64,000 nucleotides of DNA from Tubulanus polymorphus (GCF_964204645.1 NC_134027.1:1520485-1584484); one strand, 5' to 3'. Shown: positions 21,001-32,806, counted from the first letter of the stretch. The notes: generated by a model not told the origin, from the letters alone. Made by a program: numbers and translations.

Positions 21001-24000
21001 CAAGAAGAGCAGTAATTATACGGGTAGTTAGTTCGTTAAGAGATCTGCGTTTCTTATTAATTAACAACACGTTTTAATACTTGAGTTGAAAATAGGAATA
21101 AATGCAAAGAATAAAGTGTTAATCAACTAAGCCTCCTCACGCCTCACAGGGTTTCAAACCTGATGGCGTCGTGAGACTTGATGTCGAATAACGACAAACT
21201 AAACTAAATGAGGCCCTACACGCTGCATCAGTTAACCCACTAGACAGCGTGCATATCTATAATTCATTTTCAACTAACTTTCATCCAGATTTTAAGCCGC
21301 CCACACAAAAGATTAGACAAATCACATAAATCTTGATAAACTCACGATTGATGTTTAGGTTTATAGTTTGATTTTCATTCATTATCCGTGGAATTTCCTC
21401 GATTGCCACAGTCAAACGTAGAGAGCAGAATCAGGAGGATTCAAAATTCCCAGCACCCGAAAAAAAATATCACTTAAAATGCTACAGTTTTTATCTGTAT
21501 AGATGTGACCAAAAAAAAGTAGTAAAACTAGAAAATAATAGGAAAAAGTTCCCATGAGTGACTTCAACATTTGACAACAAAATTAGACTTTAAAATCATA
21601 GCACGTTTTTATAATGCATAAAATTGTGTGGTGAGGTCTGAAGAGGCTATAATGCATAATGGTCTATACTAAAATAGCTAAAACCAAATGAACTGAGACT
21701 GGTTTTAGATCTATAACCTCATGACTGCTGAACTCAACCCAAAGAAGCGCCAGTTCTATGCTCAGCAACTGACTCTTCATCCTCCCTACCTCGGAATCAG
21801 ATTTGAATCCCTGTAGCAGAAGGATGAAGGCTGAACTCTATAAATTCAACAACCAATCGTACAACTTTATCTGTACTTCAATTTCAAAATCGAATTCCCT
21901 GTTTCGCTCCAAGTAGGTGTGCCTGGTGGATTCTAAAGGGACACCAAATCAAAACAAATCAGACTAAATCTTCCAACCAATTAAGTTACAGGGTTAATCC
22001 CTATTTTCAGATCAAAAACATTTGAGTTTTTAGATTGTAAAACTATGAATTGTTTGATGTTTGTTGTTTGTGTGAATCAATGATTTCCTGAACTCGAACT
22101 ACGACGCTTTGCATCATATCAAACGTATGCAGCGCCGTCGTGACGATATTCATTTGTTGGTCTTTCGGTAATCGGGGTAAGGGTAAACCTCCGACCGTAA
22201 CGCTCGTTAAATCGGAATCTTTATTTCCGCTCGAGTCGGTCAGGAGCGACGACGCTTCCCCTTTTAAACCGCGCAGTTCGAGCTCGTAATGAGCGCGGGA
22301 CATTTCAATCCCCGTCAACAACGGTTCCATGTAACTCGACGTTAAATTCGCGACGTAATTCCAGATGGCGGTGGCGTTAACGTTTGGGTCGTCGCGCAGC
22401 ACGAGGTATCGTAGCAGATTCAACGCGGCCATGATCGCGTCGGAGTGCTCCAACAGATCGGTCGTCGCTCCGTCCGCGAGCGTGAAGATATTTGAGTAGA
22501 ACCGCGGTAACTTGTCAGCGGAGAAACTGTCGTCGCTGTCGTCACGTCGTAAACTAGAATCGATTTCTTGTTTTAACAGTTGAATAACGAACCCGGTGAA
22601 CCCGGCGTGGTGACTGATGTTTAATAGGTAATAGATGAACGAGTTTTTACCGCGCGAGTCAAATTTCGACAGTTGTTTCGGGAATAATCGTAAAGCCGTC
22701 TGTCGAACGTCTCTCGCTGAGCAGCGAATAACGCACTGCGCGAGCAGACGCACGCACTGAGTGAAATCGTCGTTATCGAGCCAGTCATACGATACAGAAC
22801 CGGGCGCGATCTCCGCGATCAACTGATCCACGATACGAACCCCCTTCGCGACGACGAACGGCTCCGAACGCTGCAACAGCGCCACCGCATACGGTAAACT
22901 ATCGAGGAAGACGAACTCCGCTCGCAGAACGCTCGGATAATTCAACGACGCGTGCATTCGTTCACCGTGGATCAAATAAACGAAACACGCGACACCTAGT
23001 TCAAGGTCGTTCTCTTCGTTACGATATCCACCGGCGTCGTCTGCCGCAGTCACGAGTTCAGACATCCACGTGATAGCGCGATGTAAATCAGCGCACATCG
23101 ACGTGACGTATTTAATCAATAATTCAGACATGACGCGCACGAGTGATTTCGTTCCGTTCTCGTCCACGGTCAAATCTAGAAATACGAGGGGGTGATTGAG
23201 TAATTTCAACAGGTACCGAACGACCAGTTTCCTCTGATCGGGGATCCCCGGTTTCTCGTTACCGCCCGAGTCAGGGATTCCCTGTTTATTGTTACCACCC
23301 GTGACGGGGATTCCCTGTTTACTGTTACCGCTCGCGACGGGGATTCCCGGTTTAGCTTCGTTTACGAACGGTTTCAAAAACGTCAACAGAGCCGATATCA
23401 CGTCGCCGATTCGTAGGATTTTTGGATCGCTATCGAGGATCTTTTTCTCGTTGGTTTCTAAATTCGCCGATACGTCTTTCGACGGTAGTTCGAGGCAGAG
23501 AATGTGAGCGTACAGAGTCTCGAGGGTCATCTCCAGCGAATATTGACGCTTCGTCGGCAGACGTAACAAAACCGTTTGAATCGCGTGCAGCAGTGTTTTA
23601 AATTTAACGTCATCTTTAAAACTGTCGGCTTGTTCGAGCAGCCCGAGTAGTAACTCTTTAGCGTTTCCCGTCCTCGCCAGGTGGACGAGCGCTTGTTCGC
23701 AGAAATCAACGAGCTTCGGTCGTTTTCGATTGTTGCGTTCGGTTAAACACGAACACAACACCGGAACTAAATCCCATCCGATCGATTCCAGGTGCGTTTT
23801 ATTTTCATCGGCGTAAAATGTGGCGTTCAAACGACAGATTTCTCGTTTAGAGATCATCTGCTGGAGGTCGGCGATGAAAATATTTTGACGTTCCTCGCGG
23901 GTCGGATCGGAGCTATGCTCGGAGCATTCCTGTTTCTGATCACCGCACTCCGAGGAAGCTTCCCGTGGCAGATTAGCACACTCGGACGCTTCCCGTGTCG

Positions 24001-24580
24001 CAACAAAGGCACGCTCGGTGCATTCCTGTTTCTGATTGGCGCGCTCGGAGGAAGCTTCCCGCATTGTATCGATACACTCAGAGTCGCCCTTCTCAGTGGC
24101 GACAACTAGATCAATATTACAACTAGATTCAGCCATTTCGAGTTTGGAATAATTTACAGTCTGTAAACGATAAAAACATCAATAACAAACTCTTCAGTTC
24201 AGCGCAACGCTAAAAAACAAGACACCCCCTCCTTTTCTAAAACAAAAACCTTGCGAAAAAAATCTTCTTAAGAAAACAATGTAATGGTACAATGTTTTTA
24301 AATGGATTAGTGAAGGACTGATTTTAACCGGTATTGAACTCGATACCTCTAAAATTTCCATTAAAAGTATATCACAATAATGCAAGCAGATTGAATTGAA
24401 CTTGATTGAGAAGTTTCTTCAATTTTTTGGTTCTCTCTGAATTTTCAACCAGATGAAAAACTTGATGTGATTCAAAATAACGGTATAAATCGAAGATCGA
24501 ATACTTGACCTACTATAAAAAATCCAATACTCACCGAAACTCGGCAATTCTAGACTTGAACGGCAGATACAGCGCAACAT
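18072..24580 (-). CDS. COQ9: Ubiquinone biosynthesis protein COQ9, mitochondrial (exon 1 24580-24535; exon 2 20074-19996; further exons down to stop at 18074-18072)
   Basis: ILEAAVNHVHEHGWTSNAIGAG, GLFPRGGIELVHYF, LVDDIWYYAGDNSHD, MNWYTKRAMLAYVYKTSEIYMTQDTSEGHKDTWMFLDRRL; N-terminus MLRCICRSSLELPSF|GLARILVLRNCSS resembles a mitochondrial presequence and is phase-1 compatible. Confidence 0.9.
19140..19390 (+). repeat. ~39-bp tandem repeat containing ACTGTGGAACTGGATCCAG in a COQ9 intron
   Basis: 6-7 diverged copies; same core as the 55.7-56.3 kb minisatellite. Confidence 0.75.
20648..20770 (+). repeat. ~48-bp tandem repeat (about 2.5 copies)
   Basis: GACTGTGCTTACC..GGAGCCGGTTGCCTCGGGTTATCACATACCCCG repeated. 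Confidence 0.75.
22043..24136 (-). CDS. GLMN: Glomulin (YAP-binding/ALF4/glomulin family), 697 aa, intronless ORF
   Basis: Motifs IGWDLVPVL, GNAKELLLGLLEQ, HHAGFTGFVIQLLKQEI, TDLLEHSDAIMAALNLLRYLVLRD..NATAIW, GIEMSRAHYE, ALHTFDMMQSVVVRVQEII. Confidence 0.93.
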   Translation of the reverse strand: MAESSCNIDLVVATEKGDSECIDTMREASSERANQKQECTERAFVATREASECANLPREASSECGDQKQECSEHSSDPTREERQNIFIADLQQMISKREICRLNATFYADENKTHLESIGWDLVPVLCSCLTERNNRKRPKLVDFCEQALVHLARTGNAKELLLGLLEQADSFKDDVKFKTLLHAIQTVLLRLPTKRQYSLEMTLETLYAHILCLELPSKDVSANLETNEKKILDSDPKILRIGDVISALLTFLKPFVNEAKPGIPVASGNSKQGIPVTGGNNKQGIPDSGGNEKPGIPDQRKLVVRYLLKLLNHPLVFLDLTVDENGTKSLVRVMSELLIKYVTSMCADLHRAITWMSELVTAADDAGGYRNEENDLELGVACFVYLIHGERMHASLNYPSVLRAEFVFLDSLPYAVALLQRSEPFVVAKGVRIVDQLIAEIAPGSVSYDWLDNDDFTQCVRLLAQCVIRCSARDVRQTALRLFPKQLSKFDSRGKNSFIYYLLNISHHAGFTGFVIQLLKQEIDSSLRRDDSDDSFSADKLPRFYSNIFTLADGATTDLLEHSDAIMAALNLLRYLVLRDDPNVNATAIWNYVANLTSSYMEPLLTGIEMSRAHYELELRGLKGEASSLLTDSSGNKDSDLTSVTVGGLPLPRLPKDQQMNIVTTALHTFDMMQSVVVRVQEIIDSHKQQTSNNS

Positions 24581-25259
24581 TTCCAAATTGGTCTCGCAAA
24601 ATCAAGTGCCCCAATGCGCCATCTATCGACAAACCGATGCGTACAAAATATTGATTCTCCCCGCTGGTGGCAGCACAATACGGTAATAAGTATGGTTTTG
24701 CCATATTTATTGCGGGCCGGTCGGCCAGCTGTTTGTGCACAAAAATTATCATTGTCTAGAATTATAGAAATAAACGAACATTTCGCTTCACTCGTTTTGA
24801 CAAGGGTTTTCTGTTCCTTCACAGAAAACTCTATTGATATTTTCCTCAACTGTAGTACATATCGATGAAGACCGAGTCACTTAATTGAATCCAATCCGTC
24901 GCGAGAACTGGGCTCTGGCATTAAAAGCACCACAGCGAAATTAATGAGATTAAACTTAACAAAACGAACGAAGGAATTAATGAACATGAATGCCATTTTA
25001 TTCTTAAGACAACAATATCCCTAAATGACAGTTAGACAAGACCATCACTTTACTAGCCATAGTTTAGTGATGGGTAATTTACAACTTTACTGAAATACAT
25101 ATCGCGAAAAAACGAATATCACAATTGTGGCAGTGCCAACTAAAAAGTTACTGTTTGAACAATCAAATAAATTTGAAAACGACTGATCTTCATCTGGTTT
25201 CTACCCCTAGACCAGTCTGGTATGGTTGAACCTGCCAGGAGATACCTCCCACCAGCATA

Positions 25260-25499
25260 GGGAGCGTTCACAAATTACGTACCTCAAAATCTCCCGTTTT
25301 TCTGACCCCCCTCCCCCCTTGTACCACCTTTGTACCAAATTCATTGACCCCCTCTTTAGGTACGTACCTTCGCACCCATGACCACATAAGTAAGTACCTT
25401 TTTCGCTGACCCCCCTCCCCCCTTGTACCACTTAGTACCAAAATTCAGTAATCCCCCGCCCCCCCCCCAAATGAAGGTACGTAATTTATGAACGCTCCC
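25260..25499. mobile_element. PIF/Harbinger-type MITE
   Basis: TIRs GGGAGCGTTCACAAATTACGTACCT / AGGTACGTAATTTATGAACGCTCCC; 3-bp duplication ATA; internal direct repeats. Confidence 0.8.
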
Positions 25500-26019
25500 A
25501 TAGCTCTCGGGTCATGGAGGCACACAAGCTATACTTCACCACGTCAAGGTGTCAGTCCATAGTAGAAGACCATACATAAAGGTAGAACCTTAAAAAAATG
25601 TTCAACCTTTTGCGTATATCTACTTTATGAATGGTCACTTATTTAGCCTTCATCATTCAATAAATATTCACTTACAGTAAGTAAATCGGTTGGCGCTATT
25701 TCAATGAAGGCTCGATCTTTCATCAGTTATTTAAAGCATTCTATCATATCAGTTTAGCGTGTTTAATTCAGTTTGGTTTATCGTTATTTGTTTGTTTTGT
25801 TTATTGTGAACTGATAGGGCTGATAGAATGCTAAAAACAACAACAGAAAAGATCTCGTGTTGGCATACTTGGAGGAGATTGATCTAAGGAATGAATTATT
25901 AGACTCACTTACTAAATACCTTATTAATTTAATTTCCACATATTATATGAAAAATTCATAAATACATGTATTAAGAAATATTTAAAAAAAATCAGGGCCT
26001 CTTTAAAAAAAGCGTTAAA

Positions 26020-26228
26020 GTCACCGCTGCTCCAGAATCATTGTTTATAGAATACACTATTATCACTGCTGCTCCTGAATAACTGTTTATAGAATCCACT
26101 ATTATCACTGCTGCTCCTGAATAACTGTTTATAGAATCCACTATTATCACTGCTGCTCCTGAATAACTGTTTATAGAATCCACTATTATCACTGCTGCTC
26201 CAGAATCATTGTTTATAAAATCCGCTAT
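26020..26228 (+). repeat. 42-bp tandem repeat, about 5 copies
   Basis: CACTGCTGCTCCTGAATAACTGTTTATAGAATCCACTATTAT repeated. Confidence 0.9.
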
Positions 26229-27126
26229 TGTCTCCCTAATCGATGTAGGAATCCATCATTTGTAGAAGAAATCCATGGTTGGGTCATAAATCGCTACTGG
26301 CTCCTCGATAAAGTTTAGCTGAAATGAGTAGAAAAAGACGATTCTTTCAAGCATTAATTAAGTCACCATCTTTTCACCACATTTGGAAAGATAATCCTTT
26401 AATTAATGATAGAATTTTTTTTAAAACAACTTCATTCACTATGAAAATCCCGAATAAATGTTATAATTTACTTAGCATACAGACTTATTCAACCCTATTT
26501 AAGAGTAGTGATGGCAATAAGATGCCAGATATAAGATCAGCAATGTGGACTAGTACATTTTTATTGTCAACTGAACAATTATATGGCACCTGAAAAGAAC
26601 AACTTCAGACTTCACAGATATTGAATTCATTTTAATTGTAGATATCTAAACAATCGCTTGATAAGTATTTGTCCCAGCTATATTCTAATACTATACTACA
26701 GTTATATTTGTGTAAGCTTTAAAGCCAAAACTTGATCCTAAAAAAGTTTAAAATAAACGAATTAATACCTTAAAGCATTAATCATAATAATTTCCATGTA
26801 AATCAACTAGCTCGGTTTGTTGGTTTTCAAGTTAGACGGTTCTGTGTGTAGTTCTAATCGGTCGATTTTGGATGACTAGTTGATCTCTGGGGTCTTTCTT
26901 ATGAGATTTAGCTGAAATGAATAAAAGAAGATATCCTGTAATCACAAAATAGATCATTTAGCATTAATCATAATAATTTCCATGTAAATCAGCATACCTT
27001 TCAAGATTATTGGATCTACTATCGATGACTAGTATCTTCTAAGTTCTTGGCTGATGAGTTTAATTCAAGTTGGTCTGTTCTGTGGGTTAAATTCTTATTA
27101 AATCTAATTAATGCAAAGTGAAAATT

Positions 27127-27690
27127 GAGAGAGAGAGAGAGAGAGAGAATGCAAAATTGTAATAGATGGGTACATATTAATTATGTATAAAAATGGATAT
27201 TTCACACAAACAATAAAATTCCGTGACTCCCTCAAGATGCAGGACGGTTGGCAGTTCTGAAAGGTTGAGGGATGCAAAATCATTCAAAGAGAAACATCTC
27301 TTTTTTGCGGCCTCATGTCCTTCATGTGATGATAAATAGGATGAAAACCTAAATAGAGCACGGCCACGAGCTCCGATGAGAGCAAAAGGGATTTTTAGGT
27401 TATTGTGACGTGTGTAGGTACGTCAACACTACATAAATGGGTTGGAGGAATGTGGTGACGCATAAACACGTCACAATCAGTGAATTCCAAGCCATGTCTG
27501 GTCAAGGGTCTGCAAACGTTACTAAAGAGTAAAACAATATAAAAGGACACCGGGAGACATCAAAAGACTGGAAAGAGAACAGCCGGGGAGCGAGAACACA
27601 TAGAAATAATAAAAGCATATTATTCACTGGAGAAGATTCTTCTGTTCATTTTCTATCACCAGATAATTTATACATTATAACCGAGGTATG
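27127..27690 (+). promoter_or_regulatory. Promoter/leader module P1 of the RRM cassette locus
   Basis: (GA)n, several TGACG/CGTCA half-sites, TATAAAAG at 27538-27545, 5' splice site CCGAG|GTATGC at 27685/6; repeated at 32141-32660 and ~35880-36240. Confidence 0.55.
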
Positions 27691-27832
27691 CGTATATTCC
27701 GTAGAAACCTTGTTATATCGAATATCTAATACAACAGGCAATTAAAGGGGGGGTGCTACAGCATTACTAAGAGACATTCACAACTCCTAAACTGCAGTAA
27801 CTCATCCTGAGTTCTAAATATTGTTATTGTAG

Positions 27833-29263
27833 ATCAAAATGCTTTGGATTCATTGTAGCTGCTGTTGATACAGCAGAAATGATAATCAAGGAAAACCCAC
27901 ACCATATAGATGGTGTTGTTGTGGATTTTGAAATGGCGAAAGAGGTAAGCTATCATACTGTGTTATTCAATCTCTGGTAATGCAATCCAAGGTATGTTCC
28001 ATAGATATAAAAAAAACAATATAGCGGTATTTTGTCAGGTAATTAAAGGGGTGCTTCAGCATTACTAAGAGACATTCACAACTCCTAAACTGCAGTAACT
28101 CATCCTGAGTTCTAAATATTGTTATTGTAGATCAAAATGCTTTGGATTCATTGTAGCTGCTGCGGATATAGCAGAACAAATAATCCAGCAGAACCCACAC
28201 CATATAGATGGTGTGGGTGTGATTTTTCGAAATCGCGAAAGAGGTAAGCCATCATGCTGTGTTATTCAAACTCTGGTAATGCAATGCAAGGTATGCTCCA
28301 TAAAGAATATTTCCATTTATTATATATGTTAGGGCCCCGAGTAAGATATAGATAAACAATATAGCGGTATTTTGTCAGGTAATTAAAGGGGTGCTTCAGC
28401 ATTACTAAGAGACATTCACAACTCCTAAACTGCAGTAACTCATCCTGAGTTCTAAATATTGTTATTGTAGATCAAAATGCTTTGGATTCATTGTAGCTGC
28501 TGCGGATATAGCAGAACAAATAATCCAGCAGAACCCACACCATATAGATGGTGTGGGTGTGATTTTTCGAAATCGCGAAAGAGGTAAGCCATCATGCTGT
28601 GTTATTCAAACTCTGGTAATGCAATGCAAGGTATGCTCCATAAAGAATATTTCCATTTATTATATATGTTAGGGCCCCGAGTAAGATATAGATAAACAAT
28701 ATAGCGGTATTTTGTCAGGTAATTAAAGGGGTGCTTCAGCATTACTAAGAGACATTCACAACTCCTAAACTGCAGTAACTCATCCTGAGTTCTAAATATT
28801 GTTATTGTAGATCAAAATGCTACGGATTTATCGATGTGCCACAAGATGTAGGAGAACAAATAATGAAGAACAACCCACACCATATAGATGGTGTGGGTGT
28901 GATTTTTGAAATCACGAAAGAGGTAAGCTATCATGCTGTGTTATTCAATCTCTGGTAATGCAATCCAAGGTATGTTCTATAAAGAATATATACCTTGAAA
29001 TATTGGGGGCCCCGAGTAAGATACAAAAAAACAATATAGCGGTATTTTGTCAGGTAATTAAAGGGGTGCTTCAGCATTACTAAGAGACATTCACAACTCC
29101 TAAACTGCAGTAACTCATCCTGAGTTCTAAATATATATATACATACTATTATCAATGTAGGTCAAAATGCTACGGATTCGTAGTAGCCCCAACAAATGAA
29201 GCTGAAAAGATTTTAAATGAAAACCCACATCTTATAGATGGTGTGGGTGCTAATTTTTGCTAG
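27833..29263 (+). repeat. B-cassette array 1: five tandem exons encoding the C-half of an RRM (27833-27944, 28131-28243, 28471-28583, 28811-28922, 29161-~29263)
   Basis: TGTAG acceptor and AAAGAG|GTAAGC donor; e.g. SKCFGFIVAAVDTAEMIIKENPHHIDGVVVDFEMAKE (RNP1-like KCFGFI, PHxIDG motif); period 340 bp. Confidence 0.85.
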
Positions 29264-29318
29264 GAACGGGACGACGTTCAGCTGTGTTTTATTCATAATT
29301 TTCTCCTTCATTCCACAG

Positions 29319-31657
29319 ATGAAGTTATATGCAAAAAAACAACAGGGAAAAGTTTAAAAAAATATTTCAATAACCATGAAATAAAAAAGCTTATGTGGTA
29401 AAAGATAAAAAAAACCAGTAAGTTTATGATGTTTTTATTTCAAATGTGTTTAATGTTCATAATGAAGGAATAGAGGCGTCATCAGGAATTTAAGGTTGTA
29501 AGGTGTATATGTTTATCTAAGGGATGACGTTCAGCTGTGTTTTATTCATAATTTTCTCCTTCATTCCACAGATGGAACGTAATCCTAATGTCAAATTAAT
29601 TGCAAAGAAAATTGCCAAAAAAACTACAGGCAGTACGTTGAAAAAATATTTTAATAACAAAAAAATTTAAAAAGCGTATATAATAAAAGATAGAAAAAAC
29701 CAGTAAGTTCATGATCTTTTTATTTAAAATGTGTTTAATTTTCCTAATAAAGGAATAAAGGCTCCATCAGGAATTTAAGGTTGTAAGGTGTATATGTTTA
29801 TCTAAGGGATGACGTTCAGCTGTGTTTTATTCATAATTTTCACCTTCATTCCACAGATGGAACGTAATGTCAAATTAATTGCAAAGAAACTTGCAAAAAA
29901 AACTACAGGCAGTACGTTGAAAAAATATTTTAATAACAAAAAAATTAAAAAAGCGTATATAATAAAAGATAGAAAAAACCAGTAAGTTTATGATCTTTTT
30001 ATTTAAAATGTGTTTAATTTTCCTAATAAAGGAATAAAGGCTCCATCAGGAATTTAAGGTTGTAAGGTGTATATGTTTATCTAAGGGATGACGTTCAGCT
30101 GTGTTTTATTCATAATTTTCTCCTTCATTCCACAGATGGAACGTAATCCTAATGTCAAATTAATTGCAAAGAAAATTGCCAAAAAAACTACAGGCAGTAC
30201 GTTGAAAAAATATTTTAATAACAAAAAAATTTAAAAAGCGTATATAATAAAAGATAGAAAAAACCAGTAAGTTTATGATCTTTTTATTTAAAATGTGTTT
30301 AATTTTCCTAATAAAGGAATAAAGGCTCCATCAGGAATTTAAGGTTGTAAGGTGTATATGTTTATCTAAGGGATGACGTTCAGCTGTGTTTTATTCATAA
30401 TTTTCACCTTCATTCCACAGATGGAACGTAATCCTAATGTCAAATTAATTGCAAAGAAAATTGCCAAAAAAACTACAGGCAGTACGTTGAAAAAATATTT
30501 TAATAACAAAAAAATTAAAAAAGCGTATGTAATAAAAGATAGAAAAAACCAGTAAGTTTATGATCTTTTTATTTAAATGTTTTTAATTTTCCTAATAAAG
30601 GAATAAAGGCTCCATCAGGAATTTAAGGTTGTAAGGTGTATATGTTTATCTAAGGGATGACGATTAATTATGTATTTATCTACTATTATCTATCGTTAAA
30701 AACAAAAGCTTTTTTTACATTTGATCTTTAAGGAATTGAATTTTATTGTAAATCCCTGAATTCTCTTACAGATACCAATGAAGCAAAGGCTAAGAAGTGC
30801 AACCAGATGGAGAAATGTAAGTTTTGAATTTTCTCCTTCATTCCACAGATGGAACATAAAGGAATAAAGGCTCCATCAGAATTTAAGGTTGTAAGGTGTA
30901 TATGTTTATCTAAGGGATGACGTTCAGCTGTGTTTTATTCATAATTTTCTCCTTCATTCCACAGATGGAACGTAATCCTAATGTAAAATTAATTGGAAAG
31001 AAAATTGCCAAAAAAACTACTGGCAGTTCCTTGAAAAAATATTTTAAAAACAAAAAAATTAAAAAAGCGTATGTAATAAAAGATAGAAAAAACCAGTAAG
31101 TTTATGATCTTTTTATTTAAATGTTTTTAATTTTCCTAATAAAGGAATAAAGGCGTCATCAGGAATTTAAGGTTGTAAGGTGTATATGTTTATCTAAGGG
31201 ATGACGTTTAGCTGTGTTTTATTCATAATTTTCTCCTTCATTCCACAGATGGAACGTAATCCTAATGTAAAATTAATTGGAAAGAAAATTGCCAAAAAAA
31301 CTACTGGCAGTTCCTTGAAAAAATATTTTAAAAACAAAAAAATTAAAAAAGCGTATGTAATAAAAGATAGAAAAAACCAGTAAGTTTATGATCTTTTTAT
31401 TTAAATGTTTTTAATTTTCCTAATAAAGGAATAAAGGCTCCATCAGGAATTTAAGGTTGTAAGGTGTATATGTTTATCTAAGGGATGACGTTCAGCTGTG
31501 TTTTATTCATAATTTTCACCTTCATTCCACAGATGGAACGTAATATCAAATTAATTGCAAAGAACCTTGCAAAAAAAACTACAGGCAGTACGTTGAAAAA
31601 ATATTTTAATAACAAAAAAATTAAAAAAGCGTATATAATAAAAGATAGAAAAAACCA
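29319..31657 (+). repeat. A-cassette array: eight tandem exons encoding the N-half of an RRM (29319-29417, 29572-29702, 29857-29981, 30136-30266, 30421-30551, 30965-31095, 31249-31379, 31533-31657)
   Basis: TTCCACAG|ATG acceptor and AACCA|GTAAGT phase-2 donor; MERNPNVKLIAKKIAKKTTGSTLKKYFNNKKIKKAYVIKDRKN; period ~285 bp; A1 frameshifted, A2 and A4 have TAA. Confidence 0.85.
30772..30816 (+). other. Short Arg-rich exon C1 of the RRM locus
   Basis: TTACAG|ATACCA...AGAAAT|GTAAGT, 45 nt, IPMKQRLRSATRWRN. Confidence 0.55.
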
Positions 31658-31878
31658 GTAAGTTTATGATCTTTTTATTTCAAATGTGTTTAATTTTCCT
31701 AATAAAGGAATAGAGGCGTCATCAGGAATTTAAGGTTGTAAGGTGTATATGTTTATCTAAGGGATGACGATTAATTATGTATTTATCTACTATTATCTAT
31801 CGTTAAAAACAAAAGCTATTTTTACATTTGATCTTTAAGGAATTGAATTTTATTGTAAATCCCTGAATTCTCTTACAG

Positions 31879-31938
31879 ATCCCGGACAGAACGCCACTAA
31901 AAGAAAGGCTAAGAAGTGCTACAAGGAGACGGAGAAAT
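31879..31938 (+). other. Short Arg-rich exon C2 of the RRM locus
   Basis: 60 nt, phase 0-0, IPDRTPLKERLRSATRRRRN. Confidence 0.6.
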
Positions 31939-32140
31939 GTAAGTTTTGAATTTTCTCCTTCATTCCACAGATGGATGGAACATACTGTTTACAATTCAAA
32001 CTGAAATATTTTGACCTTTTATTTGTGGTATATTTCACTAAATTTTAAGTATTAGTGAACTTTTTATTTGAAATATCATAATCTATTGAAAATATTTCGA
32101 GCAATAACTAGACATGCGTAAAGAATACCCCTTGGCCAGT

Positions 32141-32660
32141 GAGAGAGAGAGAGACAGAATGCAAAATTGTAATAGCTGGGTACATATTAATAAAGTATAA
32201 AAATGGATATTTCGCACAAAAATAAAATTCCGTGACTCTCTCAAGATGCAGGACGGTTGGCAGTTCTGAAAGGTTGAGGGATGCAAAATCATTCAAAGAG
32301 AAACATCTCTTTTTTGCATGGCCACGAGCTCCGATGAGTGCAAAAGGGATTTTTAGGCTACTGTGACGTGTGTAGGTACGTCAACACTACATAAATGGGT
32401 TGGAGGAATGTGGTGACGCATAAACACGTCACAATCAGTGAATTCCAAGCCATGTCTGGTCAAGGGTCTGCAAACGTTAGTAAAGAGTAAAACAATATAA
32501 AAGGACACCGGGAGACATCAAAAGACTGGAAAGAGAACAGCCGGGGAGCGAGAACACATAGAAATAATAAAAGCATATTATTCACTGGAGAAGATTCTTC
32601 TAGCGTTCATTTTCTTCTATCACCAGATAATTTATACATTATAACCGAAATACGGTATGC
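32141..32660 (+). promoter_or_regulatory. Promoter/leader module P2
   Basis: Near-identical direct repeat of P1; TATAAAAG at 32496-32503; donor TACG|GTATGC at 32654/5. Confidence 0.55.
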
Positions 32661-32806
32661 GTATTGCGAATATAACGTAGAAACCTTGTTATATCCGAAT
32701 ATCTAATACGACAGGCAATTAAAGGGGTGCTTCAGCATTACTAAGAGACATTCACAACTCCTAAACTGCAGTAACTCATCCTGAGTTCTAAATATTGTTA
32801 TTGTAG

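Noticed and set aside
30373-30555. ORF-track proteins MTFSCVLFIIF...MERNPNV with an apparent signal peptide (also 30917 and 31201)
   Set aside because: The hydrophobic leader is the translated polypyrimidine tract before the CACAG acceptor; the exon starts at the ATG of MERN and ends at a GTAAGT donor
27127-32660. P1 and P2 as LTRs of a 5.5-kb retrotransposon
   Set aside because: No gag/pol, PBS or PPT seen, and the shared sequence continues into B cassettes downstream of both copies; kept only as a minor alternative
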